From the NCBI RefSeq assembly GCF_006345805.1, contig NC_043006.1, positions 32,302,001-32,366,000 on the forward strand: a stretch of DNA of 64,000 bases. The letters run 5' to 3'. Positions 11,405 to 24,967 of the stretch are shown one piece after another. The notes below the pieces were generated by a model. It saw only the letters and a program-made list of their open reading frames with translations, was not told the origin of the DNA and made no database searches. The position numbers and the translations under genes were made by a program. This stretch comes from Octopus sinensis (Eukaryota). Positions within the stretch are counted from its first letter, which is position 1. Every line of letters starts with the position of its first letter.

Positions 11405-13360
11405 AATAGGTAAATTAATGAAGCTGGCTGGTTATCTATTTCAACTTTCCATAGCATAGAAAAAGTGAAAAGTCAAGTGCAAAACACATAGATCTACATT
11501 CGTGCTTGACAAAATTTGTAGATTCGATTTCAGATCTCAGGTAGGAGCAAACGAGGTGTGTACAGAACTGATCAGTGACTTAAATTCCGGATTTACAGAA
11601 TCTGATGTTGTCGTCGAACGCGGAAACGCACATACACACGCTGACAGACACATGCACATTCATAAACACACACACACACTGATAGAAACGTGCACACTCA
11701 TAAAATCACACACATACACACACACACACACACTGACAGACACATACACACTAATATACAGAAAGCGACATAGAATGCTCTGGGAAGTAAGTGACAGTTG
11801 TGTTTACAAACAGACAAGCAAAGAATTTTGTATATATAGATTGATAATCCATGAATACCATCGTTTCGTGGGATTGTATAGGGAAAGGGTATATATTAAT
11901 GTATGTCAGTCGTCACATATGTATATGTATGTGTAGATGTGTGTGTGCGTGAGTGTTGAACATCGTAGATAACACGGAAACATCCGCCCACAGACACATA
12001 CATACTCATACGCTCACACACACAAAGACAAATAGAAAATGTGGCGCTGTCGTCGAACGTGGAAGCACACACAAACACACACACACACACACACTGACAG
12101 ATACATGCACATTCATACACTTACACACATACACTGGCAGACACAGACACACTCATGTACAGAAAATATATCGTTGAAACAATAGGTAAATGAATGTGTG
12201 ACCCCTTTTGGTCATGAATGACCATGGGATTGCACCTAGAAATTTATCCTCCGAGGCACAAGTTAATGGAAGACCAGCAGTCGCCTATGCATACCAGCCT
12301 CCCCGCTCCACGCCGCCAGTGTTATCCAAGAGAAAGGCAAAGGCCGATACAATTTGGCACCAGTGACATCGCAGCTCATTAATTAACCTGCAAGTGGCTG
12401 AGCACTCCATAGACGCGTGTACACTTAACGTAGTTCTCGGGGGATTCAGTGTGACAAGGCTGGCCCTTTGAAATACAGGTACAACAGAAACAGGAAGAAA
12501 GAGTGAAAGAAAGTTGTGGTGAAAAAGTGCTGCCGGTGAAAGAGTGCTGCCGGTGAAAGAGTATTGTAGGTGTTTTCGCTCAATAAATACTCATAATGCC
12601 CGGTCTGGAAATCGAAACAGCGATCCTACGACCGCAAGTCCGCTGCCCTAACTACTGGGCCATTGCGCTTCCATTGGTAAATGAATGTAGGTGACTCGTT
12701 ATCTATTTCAAGTGTTAATGGCGTAGAAAAGGTTAAGAGTGAAATGCAAAACACATTGAGCTGCGTTCCTCGTTGACAGAACAATAGGATGTATGCCTAG
12801 ACTAGATTTCGAATCTCAGGTAGGAGCAAGCAAGGTCTGTACAGAACTCATTAGCAAATTAAATTCCGGACGCATGTGATTTACACAAATCATTGACTAA
12901 TGAATTGCTAAGCAATCAGTACCATCGTATCCTTGGATTGGATAGGGAATGGGCGTACATTAAGGCATTTCAGCCGTCACATATGTATATGTATATGTAG
13001 ATGTGTAGATGTGTGTGTGTGTGTGAGTTGAATAACGGACGTAAGGCGGAGAGACACACACACTGACAGATACAAGCACACTCATACACTCACACAGACA
13101 TAGACATTCCAATAGAAAATGTGACTCACACAGACATAGACAGTCATATGCAAAATGTGGTGTTGTTGTCGAAGGCGGAAACACACACACACACAGACTG
13201 AATCATACACTCATACACAGATATTCATATAGAAAATGTGACGTTGTCGTGAAAGGCGGAAAGACACACACGCTGACAGACACGTGCACAGTCATACACT
13301 CAGACACATACACTGAGAGACACACACACGCATATACAGAATGGGTCGGTGAAACAATAC
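11405..13360. repeat. Old tandem duplication of a ~700-780-bp unit containing CA-rich minisatellite repeats
   Basis: Unit A 11405-12180; unit B 12181-13360 (SINE-interrupted). Shared atctcaggtaggagcaa..tgtacagaact..ttaaattccgga and gtcacatatgtatatgtat. Confidence 0.8.
12198..12675 (-). mobile_element. Chimeric SINE: D-type head, C-type body, different 3' module
   Basis: 13-bp TSD ggtaaatgaatgt (12185-12197 / 12676-12688) flanks the whole composite. Confidence 0.8.
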
Positions 13361-13461
13361 TAAAAATGAAAGAAGAAAAGTGAAACTATTATATCATTAC
13401 AATATAGATGTTATTGTTTTACTTTTGAAACGGAATACCGAACCAGTGTAAAAGATTGTTC

Positions 13462-13632
13462 CGGGCCCGCATTAAGCAAGACGTTGAAAACATTTTTGGC
13501 TTACATGACGCTCCATGGACCCTAAGTAATGCATGTGTAAAATTCGAATGAAATCGGTTGGGTAGTTCTCAAGTTTTCGTGATGTACACGTATAGACAGA
13601 CAGATACACAATCTCAGTTTTATATATATAAA
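13462..13632 (+). mobile_element. Second copy of the Helitron-like non-autonomous 3' end
   Basis: gacgctccatggaccctaag...gtagttctcaagtttt...acagacag...ctcagttttatatatata aligns with 3568-3688. Confidence 0.6.
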
Positions 13633-13732
13633 TGAGTGCACCTGTATACGCTGTGAAGTATTCCGATGCTGTGAAATATATTGAGTGATTAAGAACTTTG
13701 ACTCATGAAATTTATTCTCTCTTTTTCAATCT

Positions 13733-13805
<73 letters not shown>

Positions 13806-14120
13806 AGTTCCATTCTTGCGTTAGCACCGATTTCACTGAGGAGACACAGACAATTACTGAATTGCTCATGTCGAACCCTTAACGTATGGAATTAAGTGCT
13901 ATATTTATTTCTTTTCATTTGTCTAACTCGTAAACATCTAGCGTCTTACTAAGTTGAGAACACAGATTTAGTGGTAAGATATTGTAAGCGATTCACATAA
14001 TGATCTCTCATATTGTTTACGTTTATATATGGTTGAAATTTATAGAAAAACAAAAGACGAACACAGGTGTATAAACAACAAGAAGGTGTATTAGCTTGAC
14101 ATTCAGGAAAGTGAGAAAGT

Positions 14121-14156
14121 CTTTTACGTTTCGAGCGTACGCTCTTCGACAGAAAG
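14121..14156 (-). ncRNA. Minimal hammerhead-like motif (A6>U variant), copy 1
   Basis: cttt CTGtCGA a gagc-gtac-gctc GAAA cg TA| aaag. Confidence 0.55.
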
Positions 14157-14213
14157 GAACAAGAGGAAATAAACAGAGAGAATAAAAATAAACCTGTGGA
14201 GTTAGCGGTCAGT

Positions 14214-14355
<142 letters not shown>

Positions 14356-14457
14356 TATGTATATGTAGTTGAAATTTATAGAAAAAACAAAAGACGAAGA
14401 TAGGTGTATATGCAACAAGCAGGTGTATTAGTTTAACGCTTGGGAAAGTGAGAAAGT

Positions 14458-14493
14458 CTTTTACGTTTCGAGCCTACGCTCTTCGACAGAAAG
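14458..14493 (-). ncRNA. Minimal hammerhead-like motif (A6>U variant), copy 2
   Basis: cttt CTGtCGA a gagc-gtag-gctc GAAA cg TA| aaag. Confidence 0.55.
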
Positions 14494-14679
14494 GAACACG
14501 AGGAAATAAACAGAGAGAGAATTAAAAAACTTGTAGATTTAGCGATGTGTGTGTGTGTGTGCAAACAACTAGAGAGGCAGTATGGTGGAGATTGAAAGAC
14601 CAAGTAAGAGGGAGAAAGAGACACAATGAATGGAAACGAAAAAGAGTAAGAAAATGTTAGAGTGATACCTGAATGGTTA

Positions 14680-15115
14680 AGTATGATATATGTGTGAGGG
14701 AGAGAGAGAGAGAGAGAGAAAGAAAGAGGGAGAGAGAGAAAGGGTGAGATGGAAGGCATATATGTACAACATAGAGATAGAGAGAGAGAGATGGGAGAAA
14801 GAGAGGTCAGGTTTCTCTGAGAGATATGTCAGTCGAAGTATATCCCTATGTGCAGGTGGAGAGAGAGATACAGTAAAAGGGGAAGAAAATAAAGAAGCAA
14901 GGGGAAGAAATGGGGAAAGTGGTTAGACTCCATGTGCGTGTGCGAATGTGTGTGCGCGAGAGAGAGAGGTAGAGGAATAGAGAATGAGAGAGGACGAGGT
15001 GGAAAAGAAGTGAGAGAAGAGAAATGATGTGTGAGAGTGAGTGAAGGCAAGAGGCGGAGTGAAATGAAAGATCTTAGTAAGAAAGAAGTATGTCTATACG
15101 AGAGGAAAAAGAGAT
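14680..15115 (+). repeat. Purine-rich (GA) tract; pyrimidine-rich counterparts at 50520-50660 and 54400-54530
   Basis: Direct reading. Confidence 0.85.
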
Positions 15116-15204
15116 AACTTTATTTTAATTAAATAAAATGATCACTTTTACAACTTAAATTACTCCAATTATACATACATGCATACATACATATAGATGT
15201 TTAC

Positions 15205-15281
<77 letters not shown>

Positions 15282-15293
15282 TATATATATTTG

Positions 15294-15333
<40 letters not shown>

Positions 15334-16394
15334 AAAATAGAAAATAAGAAATATAATTTTGTTATTTGTCACAGTGGTGCGGTATATATTACAGGAAAAA
15401 AACGGAAAAGTAAAAACCGATTCTACAGTTTAATGGGAAACGTTTAACAGACAATAATAATAAAAACAAACAAACAAACACACAAAAAAAACAAAAACAA
15501 GTAGAGCCCCAATAGACAAAACAAACATTTCGAATGTAATTTTCTCTTGAAATTCGTCATTGTCTGACACGTCCAAAATAGCTGCTACTTTATTGATTTT
15601 GTGATTAAAAGTGCTGGTGAGATATAGTGTTATTTCTAGCCGTATTTGTTTCATTAGGGCAGGATAATGAAATAGGTATAAAGAACCCTGTGGAACTCTA
15701 CGCATTAAAACCTATGCTTATGTTCATCACGTTTCTCATTCCTAATTCAACATGGCGTGCTTGTTCGTTCGTTCGTCGTTTGCATTATTTTATTATTTTC
15801 TTTTTCTTTGCTTAAATCTAATCTAGGTCGATGAAAGAGTTAGTAATGTATTCGTTGAGTTAACTTCAACACTTTGCTGATTTTGTAATGTATATTATTT
15901 CGGTGAGAACTAAATATATTTTTATAGCATCTCTTTAGTTTTTGTATACATTTCTTGCTTTTTACCTCCCTTGTCCACCAGGATTGATATTTTTCCACCT
16001 ATCTTTTATTTCACGTCTTTGTAATATGTTTTTTTTTTATTTGACTCTAGTCCAGGTTTTTTGTAAAGCAAATAATTATTCACTTCACTGAATATATTCT
16101 GAGCTTTTACTGGGATTATTTTTGTTCTTCTGCGGAAAAAAGAAAGACAATAATAACATGTGCTAGTCTTTAGTTTTAATCTTTTACCTGGTTCATTCAT
16201 TGGACTGCGACCATTCGAGGGTACCGCCTTGAATGACTTACGAGAACAAATCGTGTATGTGTGTGTATGTATGTGTGTGAGTGTGTAAGTGTGTGTATAA
16301 TAGTTTCGAGGTTTGTTTCGGACAAACATTATGAGAATTAAGTCAACCCAGAGAGCTTTCACTAAAAATATAGACATGACTGCTCTTGATCATT

Positions 16395-16640
16395 GGGACC
16401 CCCTTAAAACATTGAAAAACAGTTGATAAAGCTGGAGCATCATCCCCTTATGTAGAAACCATGTCAGCATGAATGTCCGTGGGGCTAACCCTCTTTTCTG
16501 CAGATATTTGATAATACCACAATGCCAAATTTTATCCATTTTCAAGAAATGTCTCTAGTTCCACTTTTCCAAGTCCTCAATTCTGAATCCAATGTGGGTT
16601 TATCTGGAACGAAAACAGTTAGCATCAGTAAAGGTTGAAC
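16395..16640 (-). mobile_element. mariner transposase N-terminal remnant
   Basis: ATG at 16539: MDKIWHCGIIKYLQKRGLAP-DIHADMVST*GDDAPALSTV..FKRG (one frameshift). Confidence 0.8.
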
Positions 16641-16832
16641 TTAATGCATGCCAAGTTTAATTACTGTATGATAAACTCCTTAATCGGCTTATGAACTTTT
16701 CAGTCTACCCTCGTATATATAGTATACTGTTCCATTATTGATGAGATCAATGAAAAGGTCCTTCATCAGCGACTGATATATCATCGAATAAACTCAAGAT
16801 TTGAACGTGAGCTGTTATAAGTTAAATGCTGA

Positions 16833-17044
16833 AAAGGGGCGAGCTGGCAGAAACGTTAGCACGCCGGGCGAAATGCTTAGCAGTAGTTCGTCTGGCGTTA
16901 CGTTCTGAGCTCAAATTCCGCCGAGGTCAACTTTGCTTTTCATTCTTTCGGGATCGATAAATTAAGTACCAGTTGCGTACTGGGGTCGATTTAATCAACT
17001 GGCTCCTTCTCCCAAAATTTCGGGCCTTCCTAGAGTAGAAAAGG
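16833..17044 (+). mobile_element. SINE family B monomer
   Basis: gagctggcagaaacgttagcacgccgggcg...gagctcaaattccgccgaggtc...ctggggtcgat...cctagagtagaaaagg; perfect 16-bp TSD ataagttaaatgctga (16817-16832 / 17045-17060). Confidence 0.92.
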
Positions 17045-17182
17045 ATAAGTTAAATGCTGAGAGAGTAATCGGACTGGTTCGTATATTTCTCTTAACTTTA
17101 TCTAACAATCTCTCCATCTCTTCACCCTCGCTCTCTCTCTTTCATTCCTACAGGTTCTTTGTGTGTATAAGTGTGTGCTTGT

Positions 17183-17266
<84 letters not shown>

Positions 17267-17620
17267 GTGTGTTCCAGGTTTTGTTTTTACGAAATTCCAT
17301 TCAGAAGGCATTAGTCAATCCGAAGCGATGATAGAAGACTCATGCTTGCCAAAAGCGCCTTGTGGTGGAATCGAAACTAGAAAGAAAAGCGTACTTGCAA
17401 AGCTAACTTCTACCATATACCCATGCCTGCATCCATAACGTTGACCTGAATGTAATCTACGACGACAATAAAAGCAATAACAGCAATATTTATTGCTGTT
17501 TGATATAATTATTCCGTCTCAAAAATCAATTCGTTCATAAAATAACGGATTTGATGTTTTACTCTCTTTTGTTCCATTATTAGTTTTTATAACTGGCATT
17601 CCATTAAAGCTTGCATTCCA

Positions 17621-17946
17621 GTGAAGGCGTATGGCCAAGTGGTTACAGTATCTGTCTCGCGATCGTATAGCTGTGAGTTCGATTCCTAGTAGTACGTCGT
17701 GTCCTTGAGCAAGACACTTTATTTCACGTTGCTCCAATCCACTCAGCTGGCAAAAATGAGTTGTACCTGTAATTCAAAGGGCAAGGTTTGTCACATTCTG
17801 TGTCACACCGAAGCTCCCTGAGAAATACGTGAAGGGAACGCGGGTCTGTGGAATACTCAGCCATTTGCATGTTAATTTCTGAAGTGGGTTGTTCGGTTGA
17901 TCGGACCAACTGGAACGTTCGCCGTCGTCACCGACGGGATGCCAGT
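17621..17946 (+). mobile_element. tRNA-derived SINE family C
   Basis: tggccaagtggtt A-box, gagttcgattcc B-box, gtccttgagcaagacactttatttcacgttgctcca..ccactcagctggcaaaaatgagt core. Confidence 0.88.
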
Positions 17947-18359
17947 TATTCCAATTGACTGACCGAGATTCCTTGGCGGTTCTTATGTGGTCGTTCAACA
18001 TACAAGAAATAGTGGTCACATCTCCTCCAAATTGCACTCTAATGTCTTGGAAAACAAGAAATGATTTACATTAATTAATATAGGCCTACATATTAAAACG
18101 TTAGGATGGTTTTTTTCAATGACTAAAATACTTTTGATCTTAGCTGTACTCCAACTGGGTTCATGCGGGGTCAAACTACAACAACAATAATGTCAACCGC
18201 AATATTTGATTTATAATTTGACACCGAATTCCAAACAATAAAACTAAGCATATTAATTTATTTTTAGTTTTCATTTTAACAAACAACTTTTTAATAACTT
18301 TTTTTTCTTTTATCAACTTTTATATTCTTCATGTGATTGTAATTTACAGCCTTTGCCGT

Positions 18360-18708
18360 GTGTGATCATTAGCATCAATCATCATCACTATCATCATCAT
18401 CGTTGTCGTCATCACCATCATCATTATCATGATACAAAGACGCCATCACCGATCATCATTATCGCTGTCATCATTATCATCATCAACATCATCATCATCA
18501 GCATCATCATCACCAACATCATAATCGTCATTATCGACATCGCTATCACAAGCCTCACCCTCACCACAACCAATGCTGCCAGCATCTCCACCATCACCGC
18601 CATCGTCGTAATCATGAAGCATTTCAATGTCATCAACCTTCCCTCTGACCATTATCCATCGCCATCACTGCCATCGTCATCATCCTCGTGATCAACATCA
18701 TCGTCGTC

Positions 18709-18747
<39 letters not shown>

Positions 18748-18823
18748 GTCGTCGTCGTCGTCGTCGTCATCATCATCATCATCGTCGTCGTCGTCGTCGT
18801 CGTCGTCATCAACATCATCGTCG

Positions 18824-18864
<41 letters not shown>

Positions 18865-18985
18865 GTCGTCGTCGTCGTTATCATCATCATCGTCGTCATC
18901 ATCATCATCATCGTCGTCATCATCCTCATTATCATTATGAACATCGTCCTTGCCCTCGCCATCACCGTTATCCTCATCACCACCG
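18360..18985. repeat. Compound (CAT)n/(CGT)n trinucleotide microsatellite
   Basis: Direct reading; source of the poly-H, poly-I and poly-M ORFs. Confidence 0.97.
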
Positions 18986-19258
18986 CATTTTTTCTTTATT
19001 TCTATTCTGATGTGTTAATTACAAATTATGTTGATACATTGTCTTTAATCGAATTAACTCGAACGTCTTCCACGTTGAGCAATCACTTAAAAGAACAAGT
19101 AGAAATGTAACTTAATCAGTCCACCACCACCACCACCTGCTTACCAGTCCCACAACAATAACATGAGCAACAACAGCACTAATAGAAATAAATTTGAATT
19201 AACCAATGCAAATATAGAAAGCATTCAATTACGGATCAGCAGCTTTAATAATTACAGT

Positions 19259-19259
19259 A

Positions 19260-19330
<71 letters not shown>
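19259..19330. repeat. (TAC)n microsatellite
   Basis: Direct reading. Confidence 0.97.
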
Positions 19331-19336
<6 letters not shown>

Positions 19337-19672
19337 TTCTATTACTACTGCTACTACTTCGATTCTGTTGTTGTCACTTCTGTTTCCTGCCGCGAGGTAG
19401 GTTCTTCTGGAACTCTTGACAGGAAGAGACCTAGTTTTGTTTCCAAGATTTCTACATCCATCCTATGTAGGCCACTCAGGCTTTTGGGAGGATATTGAAG
19501 AGCTGTGGGCCCTTGAAGTCAAAATTGCTGCAGTATCTGATCTTGTACCTTAATGGCGATGTTGAGATCTTTTGCATTATGCAGTGGTGTCTCGTTCTGG
19601 TGTCTCGTAACAAACATATACAATGTTTGCTATATATCAGACACTTGAAATATGAACTATAAAAACGTCATT

Positions 19673-20032
19673 GTACTTTGGAATAAAGATTATTTGCCAA
19701 AATAACATGGCAGTCCTGGCTTAGGATGAATATCGCTGTAATTTAACCCCAGGAGACATCGTCTCCAGCTGGCTGTACGACACGATCTGTGTCCTTATAT
19801 TTTCGAACAAGGGAATCTAGCACCCCCACTCAGCTCAAAACAATATCTGTGTATCGCGATTTCCGGGTTATTTCCCTTCATCACCACTGAATAATTGTTC
19901 GAAAATATAAGGACACAGATCGTGTCGTACAGCCAGCTGGAGACGATGTCGTCTGGGGCTAAAATACAGCAACATTCGTTCTAAACCAGGACTGCCTTGT
20001 TATGTTGGCAAACAATCTTTACTCCAAAGTAC
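19673..20032. repeat. Inverted repeat, ~138-bp arms, 84-bp spacer
   Basis: Inner ~53 bp nearly perfect; outer part diverged. Confidence 0.9.
19847..19889 (-). ncRNA. Hammerhead-like motif with C3>G substitution
   Basis: cagtg gTGATGA aggg-aaataa-cccg GAAA tcgcga TA| cacag; stem III ATCGCGAT is palindromic. Confidence 0.55.
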
Positions 20033-21877
20033 TGTTGCTGAATATCCGCTCGTTGGGAGATTTAGAAGTAGTAATTTTCTAACGTCATTGTACTTGTTGC
20101 CTTTATTACAAAGGCGGGCATATGGGTTCCGTATTGGATTCGGGAAGAAATTAACCTGGCTTTCTACTACGACGTATGCTACAACAAACAATGCTCAACC
20201 GAAACGATTTGGAATAAATTCATGTTGCCTTGTAGGGAGAAGCAACAGACGGGCAAGTCATCTTTTGCTCCTTTTCTTGTTGATTCAACTTAAATATTTC
20301 TCTTTCAGCACACCCTTGATAATTCCACTTAAATCTGTCTACAGTATACCTGAATGGTAATGCATGTCGATACTGTACTCGCCCGAGCCTGAAGGTTTTA
20401 CCGGAAACTTTCATTTGAACACTAAAGGGAAATTCAGATTCTTTGTTGATGTGAGACATCTTTAAGATGAAAATCACGTGATGTGCGGAGCATCATCAAA
20501 CAATTTTTGTTCTTAATAACACAACCGATTAGACTGGCTATCATTTTACTGATCAAAAATGTTGCTTAGAATTTCGTTTATATATATAGATATACGTACA
20601 TTAGCATCCTTATGATAAGGGTTTGTAGTATTATCTCCACAAGCTACACCTGTCTACACAAACACGGCCTTCTTATGTTTGTAACAACACCTATTGCATA
20701 GTGGTTTTCTTCCATATTTCGAAACTGAATTCTCACTAGTATAAGGTAATTTTTCGAGTTGCGAATAAATATTGTTCTACTGTTTGTGCACGACTCTACC
20801 TGCTCGTACACAGTTCTCTATTCTTTTCTTTCTTTCGGATGCCATCGTACTTCATTAAACATGAAAAGTGTATTACTTACTCTGCGAAAGGTGGCCAGCT
20901 GTCAGAACTGTTAGTACGTCGGAGAAAATACTTAGCGGCATTTCGTCTGTCTTTAAGTTCTGGGTTCGACTCGGAGTAATGGTGTCTATGTAATTGACAT
21001 CTCCCTCCCTCAAATACTGCTGGCCCTTTGCCACAATTTGAGTCCATTGTTAACTCTGTGCTCAGGTTGCGACGTAAAACTCACTGGTGCTGGTGCCACG
21101 TAAGAAGCAGCCAGTACACTCTGTAAAGTGGTTGACATTACGAAAGGCATCCAACCGTAGAAACCAAACCTAAAATAGACAATGGAACCACCGGGTGCGG
21201 CTCCTGTCCATGCCAGCTCCTGTCAAATCATTCAATCCATACCAGTATGGAAAACGGAAGCTAAATGATGATGATGATTGTGATGTTATTAACGAAGTAC
21301 TTAACTCTGTCGACTTAATAAATTTATCCAGTACATAACGGTTGCTTCTTCCCTCCCCTTCGCTAAGCTCTTTCTTTTATTTTGGGCGTACTTTTCCTCA
21401 ATTCCATTGTTCTTAGAACAAACTTTTCGACACCTTGTTGTTGAATCTGAATTTCCTGAACGCAAAATTCAACTTTGTCTACAAAGTTTGAAACGGACAA
21501 AGATTTCTTTGGGCGAATGTCAACATACAGCGCAATTCTCTCTTCGTGATGCTAACCGAACGAAACAAATAATTAAATACATTCAGAAATAAACGCATAA
21601 ATATATACTTGAATACATAAATAAATAAATAAGTTCTTCATTAACTAGAGATCACATCTGTAAATGACTTCGAAATTCTGTCGGAACAAATTGTTCCAAT
21701 TGTGTATCAGTTTGATTATTTATTCACGTGAAGGACTGAAATGTCTATAGGCACCATATTTGACACAGCATATAATGTTGGGATGGAGATGTGCGGAATG
21801 GGTGATGACAAGGTGTACAAGTTTATTCCGAGAAAAACAAACAAACAAAAAACACTTGTATTAGATAGATTTTGGTG

Positions 21878-22257
21878 AGAAGACGTGGCTGGGTGGAAAG
21901 AAGTTTATTTTCCAACTATTTGGTTACGGGTTCAGCCCCACTGCGTGACACCTGGCTCTATTGTCTTCTTCTATAACCGACCAAAGTTGTGAGTGAATAT
22001 CGTAGACGAAAACTGAAAGAAGCCCGTCATATAAATATAATCAGTTTTTGAGGGTATGTGCTTTTGTGTCTGCGTTTATCACCCACCACCGCTTGATAAT
22101 CGTTGTTGGTTTGTATATGTCCCCATAACTTAGCAGTTCGGCAAAATAAGTAGACTGGATAAGTACTAGGTTTAAAAACTAATTACTGGAGTCGATTCGT
22201 TCGATTAAAATTCTGCAAGACAGTGCCCCAGCATGGCCGCAGTATCATGACTAAAAT
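21878..22257 (+). mobile_element. SINE family A, diverged full-length copy
   Basis: Head, gaaactgaaagaagcccgtc, and gtgccccagcatggccgcag tail. Confidence 0.85.
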
Positions 22258-24029
22258 ATATACGTGTGTGTGTGTGTATATGTCTGTATGTATGTGAGTA
22301 TGTATGTAGATACTCGCACACAAACCGTAGCCGTTCTACATTACCAAATTAGCGTCTAAAGAAGAAGCAGTTCCACAATAAATTGTCATGACACAACTAC
22401 CAAAAAGATAAACAAGATAAACAACTGCACACTTACACACTCAAACAAACATACACACGCACACATACACATACGTACATGTAAGCACACGTGCGCACAT
22501 CGACCCACTGTATACGCGCCACAAATTATCATTAAACACACAATACATACATATGTAACACTAATATTTACTTCATAAACACTCGTTACACAACCTGTAT
22601 ACACACATCAATCACAATACATACTCTTCGGACGAAATACCTGAGACAAATAAAACGAGAAAGAAACCTTTTTCTTTTTTATAAGTTAGCCAGGAAGAAA
22701 AATACATTAGTCATAGCTTTCGAGACTCCTTCCCCACTTGTTTTCAGGTTGGTGAGATTAATCAAATTGATAATTAGCTTGAACACCTGTATATCAATAG
22801 TTTGCGAAAAACGTGAGTCGGAAGCAAATTTTGTAGAGTTTCAATCATTGGCAGAGGAAGTAAAAAGATTTCTGAGTGTGTTTAGTGTCGATAAAAGATG
22901 TGAGACACAATGATGGTTACGAGAGGAGAAGGGTAAGAGACGTTTTGACATAAGCGTTTTGGCGCCGGTTGTTTGGCGTCACTAATTCGACGCTGACTTA
23001 TTTCACCCGCATCCTTTCTGTTTATGTTTGTGAACATATTTCTAATTATAAGTCTGAAGAGAGGGAAAGTATGTTAGTCAACCGTATTCATTTAATAGAT
23101 TGTAAAATCTATCGACTTCTCTCCCCCTCTCTTTGTCTTTTTCCTTCTCTTTCTCTCTACCTTTCTGCTCTCTTTCGCACTCTTTTTTCTGAAAGTGTAT
23201 ACTTCCATGTTGGTGCGCGCGCATGCTTGTGTATTTGCTTCCGGCACTAAAAGTCAGCTGCGCCAAATCGCTTGAGTGCAAACGAATGTGTCAGTTCGTC
23301 TCATTCTGACAGGAGAGATAAGTGAAGTCGATTAGACATGACTGAAAAAGATATGCAGCTATCTATTATCGAACGGCAGACTTTATTCTAGTTACAATGG
23401 AAGATGCAAAATGAGAAAACGGTTTTCTGCGGGATAGTGCTTTGAGCGAGTTAGCATCATTAACATTTGGTTTTAAATCTAAGACAGCTCACGCATATCA
23501 TCTGCATTGTCCCATCGGTACTCAAGTACCAGTTATACTTGCGCAATGTGTATTCTTCGTTAGTGATATGTTATTTTATCTCCGTTATTGAACTTAAGAT
23601 AAATCCTTTAAGACACATTGTGGTCCATCCACTGTGGACATGGCAAGATAATAAGATAGACTCAAGGCTATATAATGCAGTTTTCACAATGTCAAATACG
23701 TCGTTTCACAGTGAATGATCATCAGAAATCGTCTTAGGAGTTATAACAACTTTGAAGAATATAAGAATATATTGTTAATGGCAAGAAAGGTTGTTCCGAT
23801 TTATTGATGTCAAGTGACTATGTTTTTTAAACTTATGGCCTCATTAAGGAAAGATCTCACTGTCATTATTTAATAAAGCTGTTAATTTTGCGGAAGATTG
23901 TAAAAGAGAAGTGGCAAAGAATAAAGTACAAAACTCAAACATACACACACACACACACACACACTCACACACACACTATCTCCCCCATATGTATATCTGT
24001 ATTTCGCATGCCTGGCGTTTGAATGTCTG

Positions 24030-24080
<51 letters not shown>

Positions 24081-24517
24081 ATAGATAGATGACAGATATA
24101 TATATGCATATATATATATTTGCACACATGAAGCATATATATAAATACACATAAACATACACATAAATATACACGAAACATACACATAAATACTAAAACA
24201 ACACAGCCATGCCCCTATGCATACTTAAACCCATGAATATATGCTCTTAGGGGAGGAACCACTGGGTTTTGCATATTTGTATATTTCAGTGATTATTCTC
24301 CTCAGATTTAAAACTTTCAATAACATACCAGAAATAAACAATTACACATTAAGACAACGTCACAGGGGAGGCGAAACGCTGTCGATCAACCTGATAGAAA
24401 TAGCAACCAAATCTCCTTGCAATTCACAGCTCAAAGTCTCAAATAACAAGAACACAATTTTGCGACACACTATATATTGGACTATACAGGCCGATACATA
24501 CAGAGTTTGGAAATTAT

Positions 24518-24805
24518 AACTGGTCTCCGTCGGTTACGACGACGAGTGTTACAGTTGAATTGATCAACAGAACAGCTTGCGCCTGAAAGTAACGTGCACA
24601 AACATGCATACACTTAACGTGATTCTCAGGGAGATTCAGCGTGACAAAAAATGTAACAATGCTGGTACTTTTGTATTATAGGTACAACTCATTGTTGCAA
24701 ACTGAATGGACTGGAGCAACGTGGAATAAAGTGTCTTGCTCGAGGACACAAAGCGGCGCCGGAAATCGAACTCACGATCATGAACATTAAGCCACGCGCC
24801 CTCAC
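24518..24805 (-). mobile_element. SINE family C (other copies at 42373-42630 +, 37995-38302 -, variant 10840-11035 +)
   Basis: gactggagcaacgtggaataaagtgtcttgctcgaggacac; ctcagggagattcagcgtgaca. Confidence 0.85.
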
Positions 24806-24967
24806 CTGGAAACTAAAGATGAGACTCTCCCACGTAAATAACTTGATTGTGTAGTTTCTTTTTTATAACATCTGTGTGGTGGAGGGGCAGAATCATTCGA
24901 ATAAATACTCTAAATCGATTGATCAAAGAAAAACTTCCCTAGAAAGTTTCCAATGACTTATTCAAAT

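Noticed and set aside
18353-19110. Poly-His, poly-Ile/Val and poly-Met ORFs
   Set aside because: Open in several frames only because the CAT/CGT triplet repeat lacks stops.
22952-23273. Possible MITE TIR pair (15/19 match)
   Set aside because: Short, no TSD, no second copy in the window.
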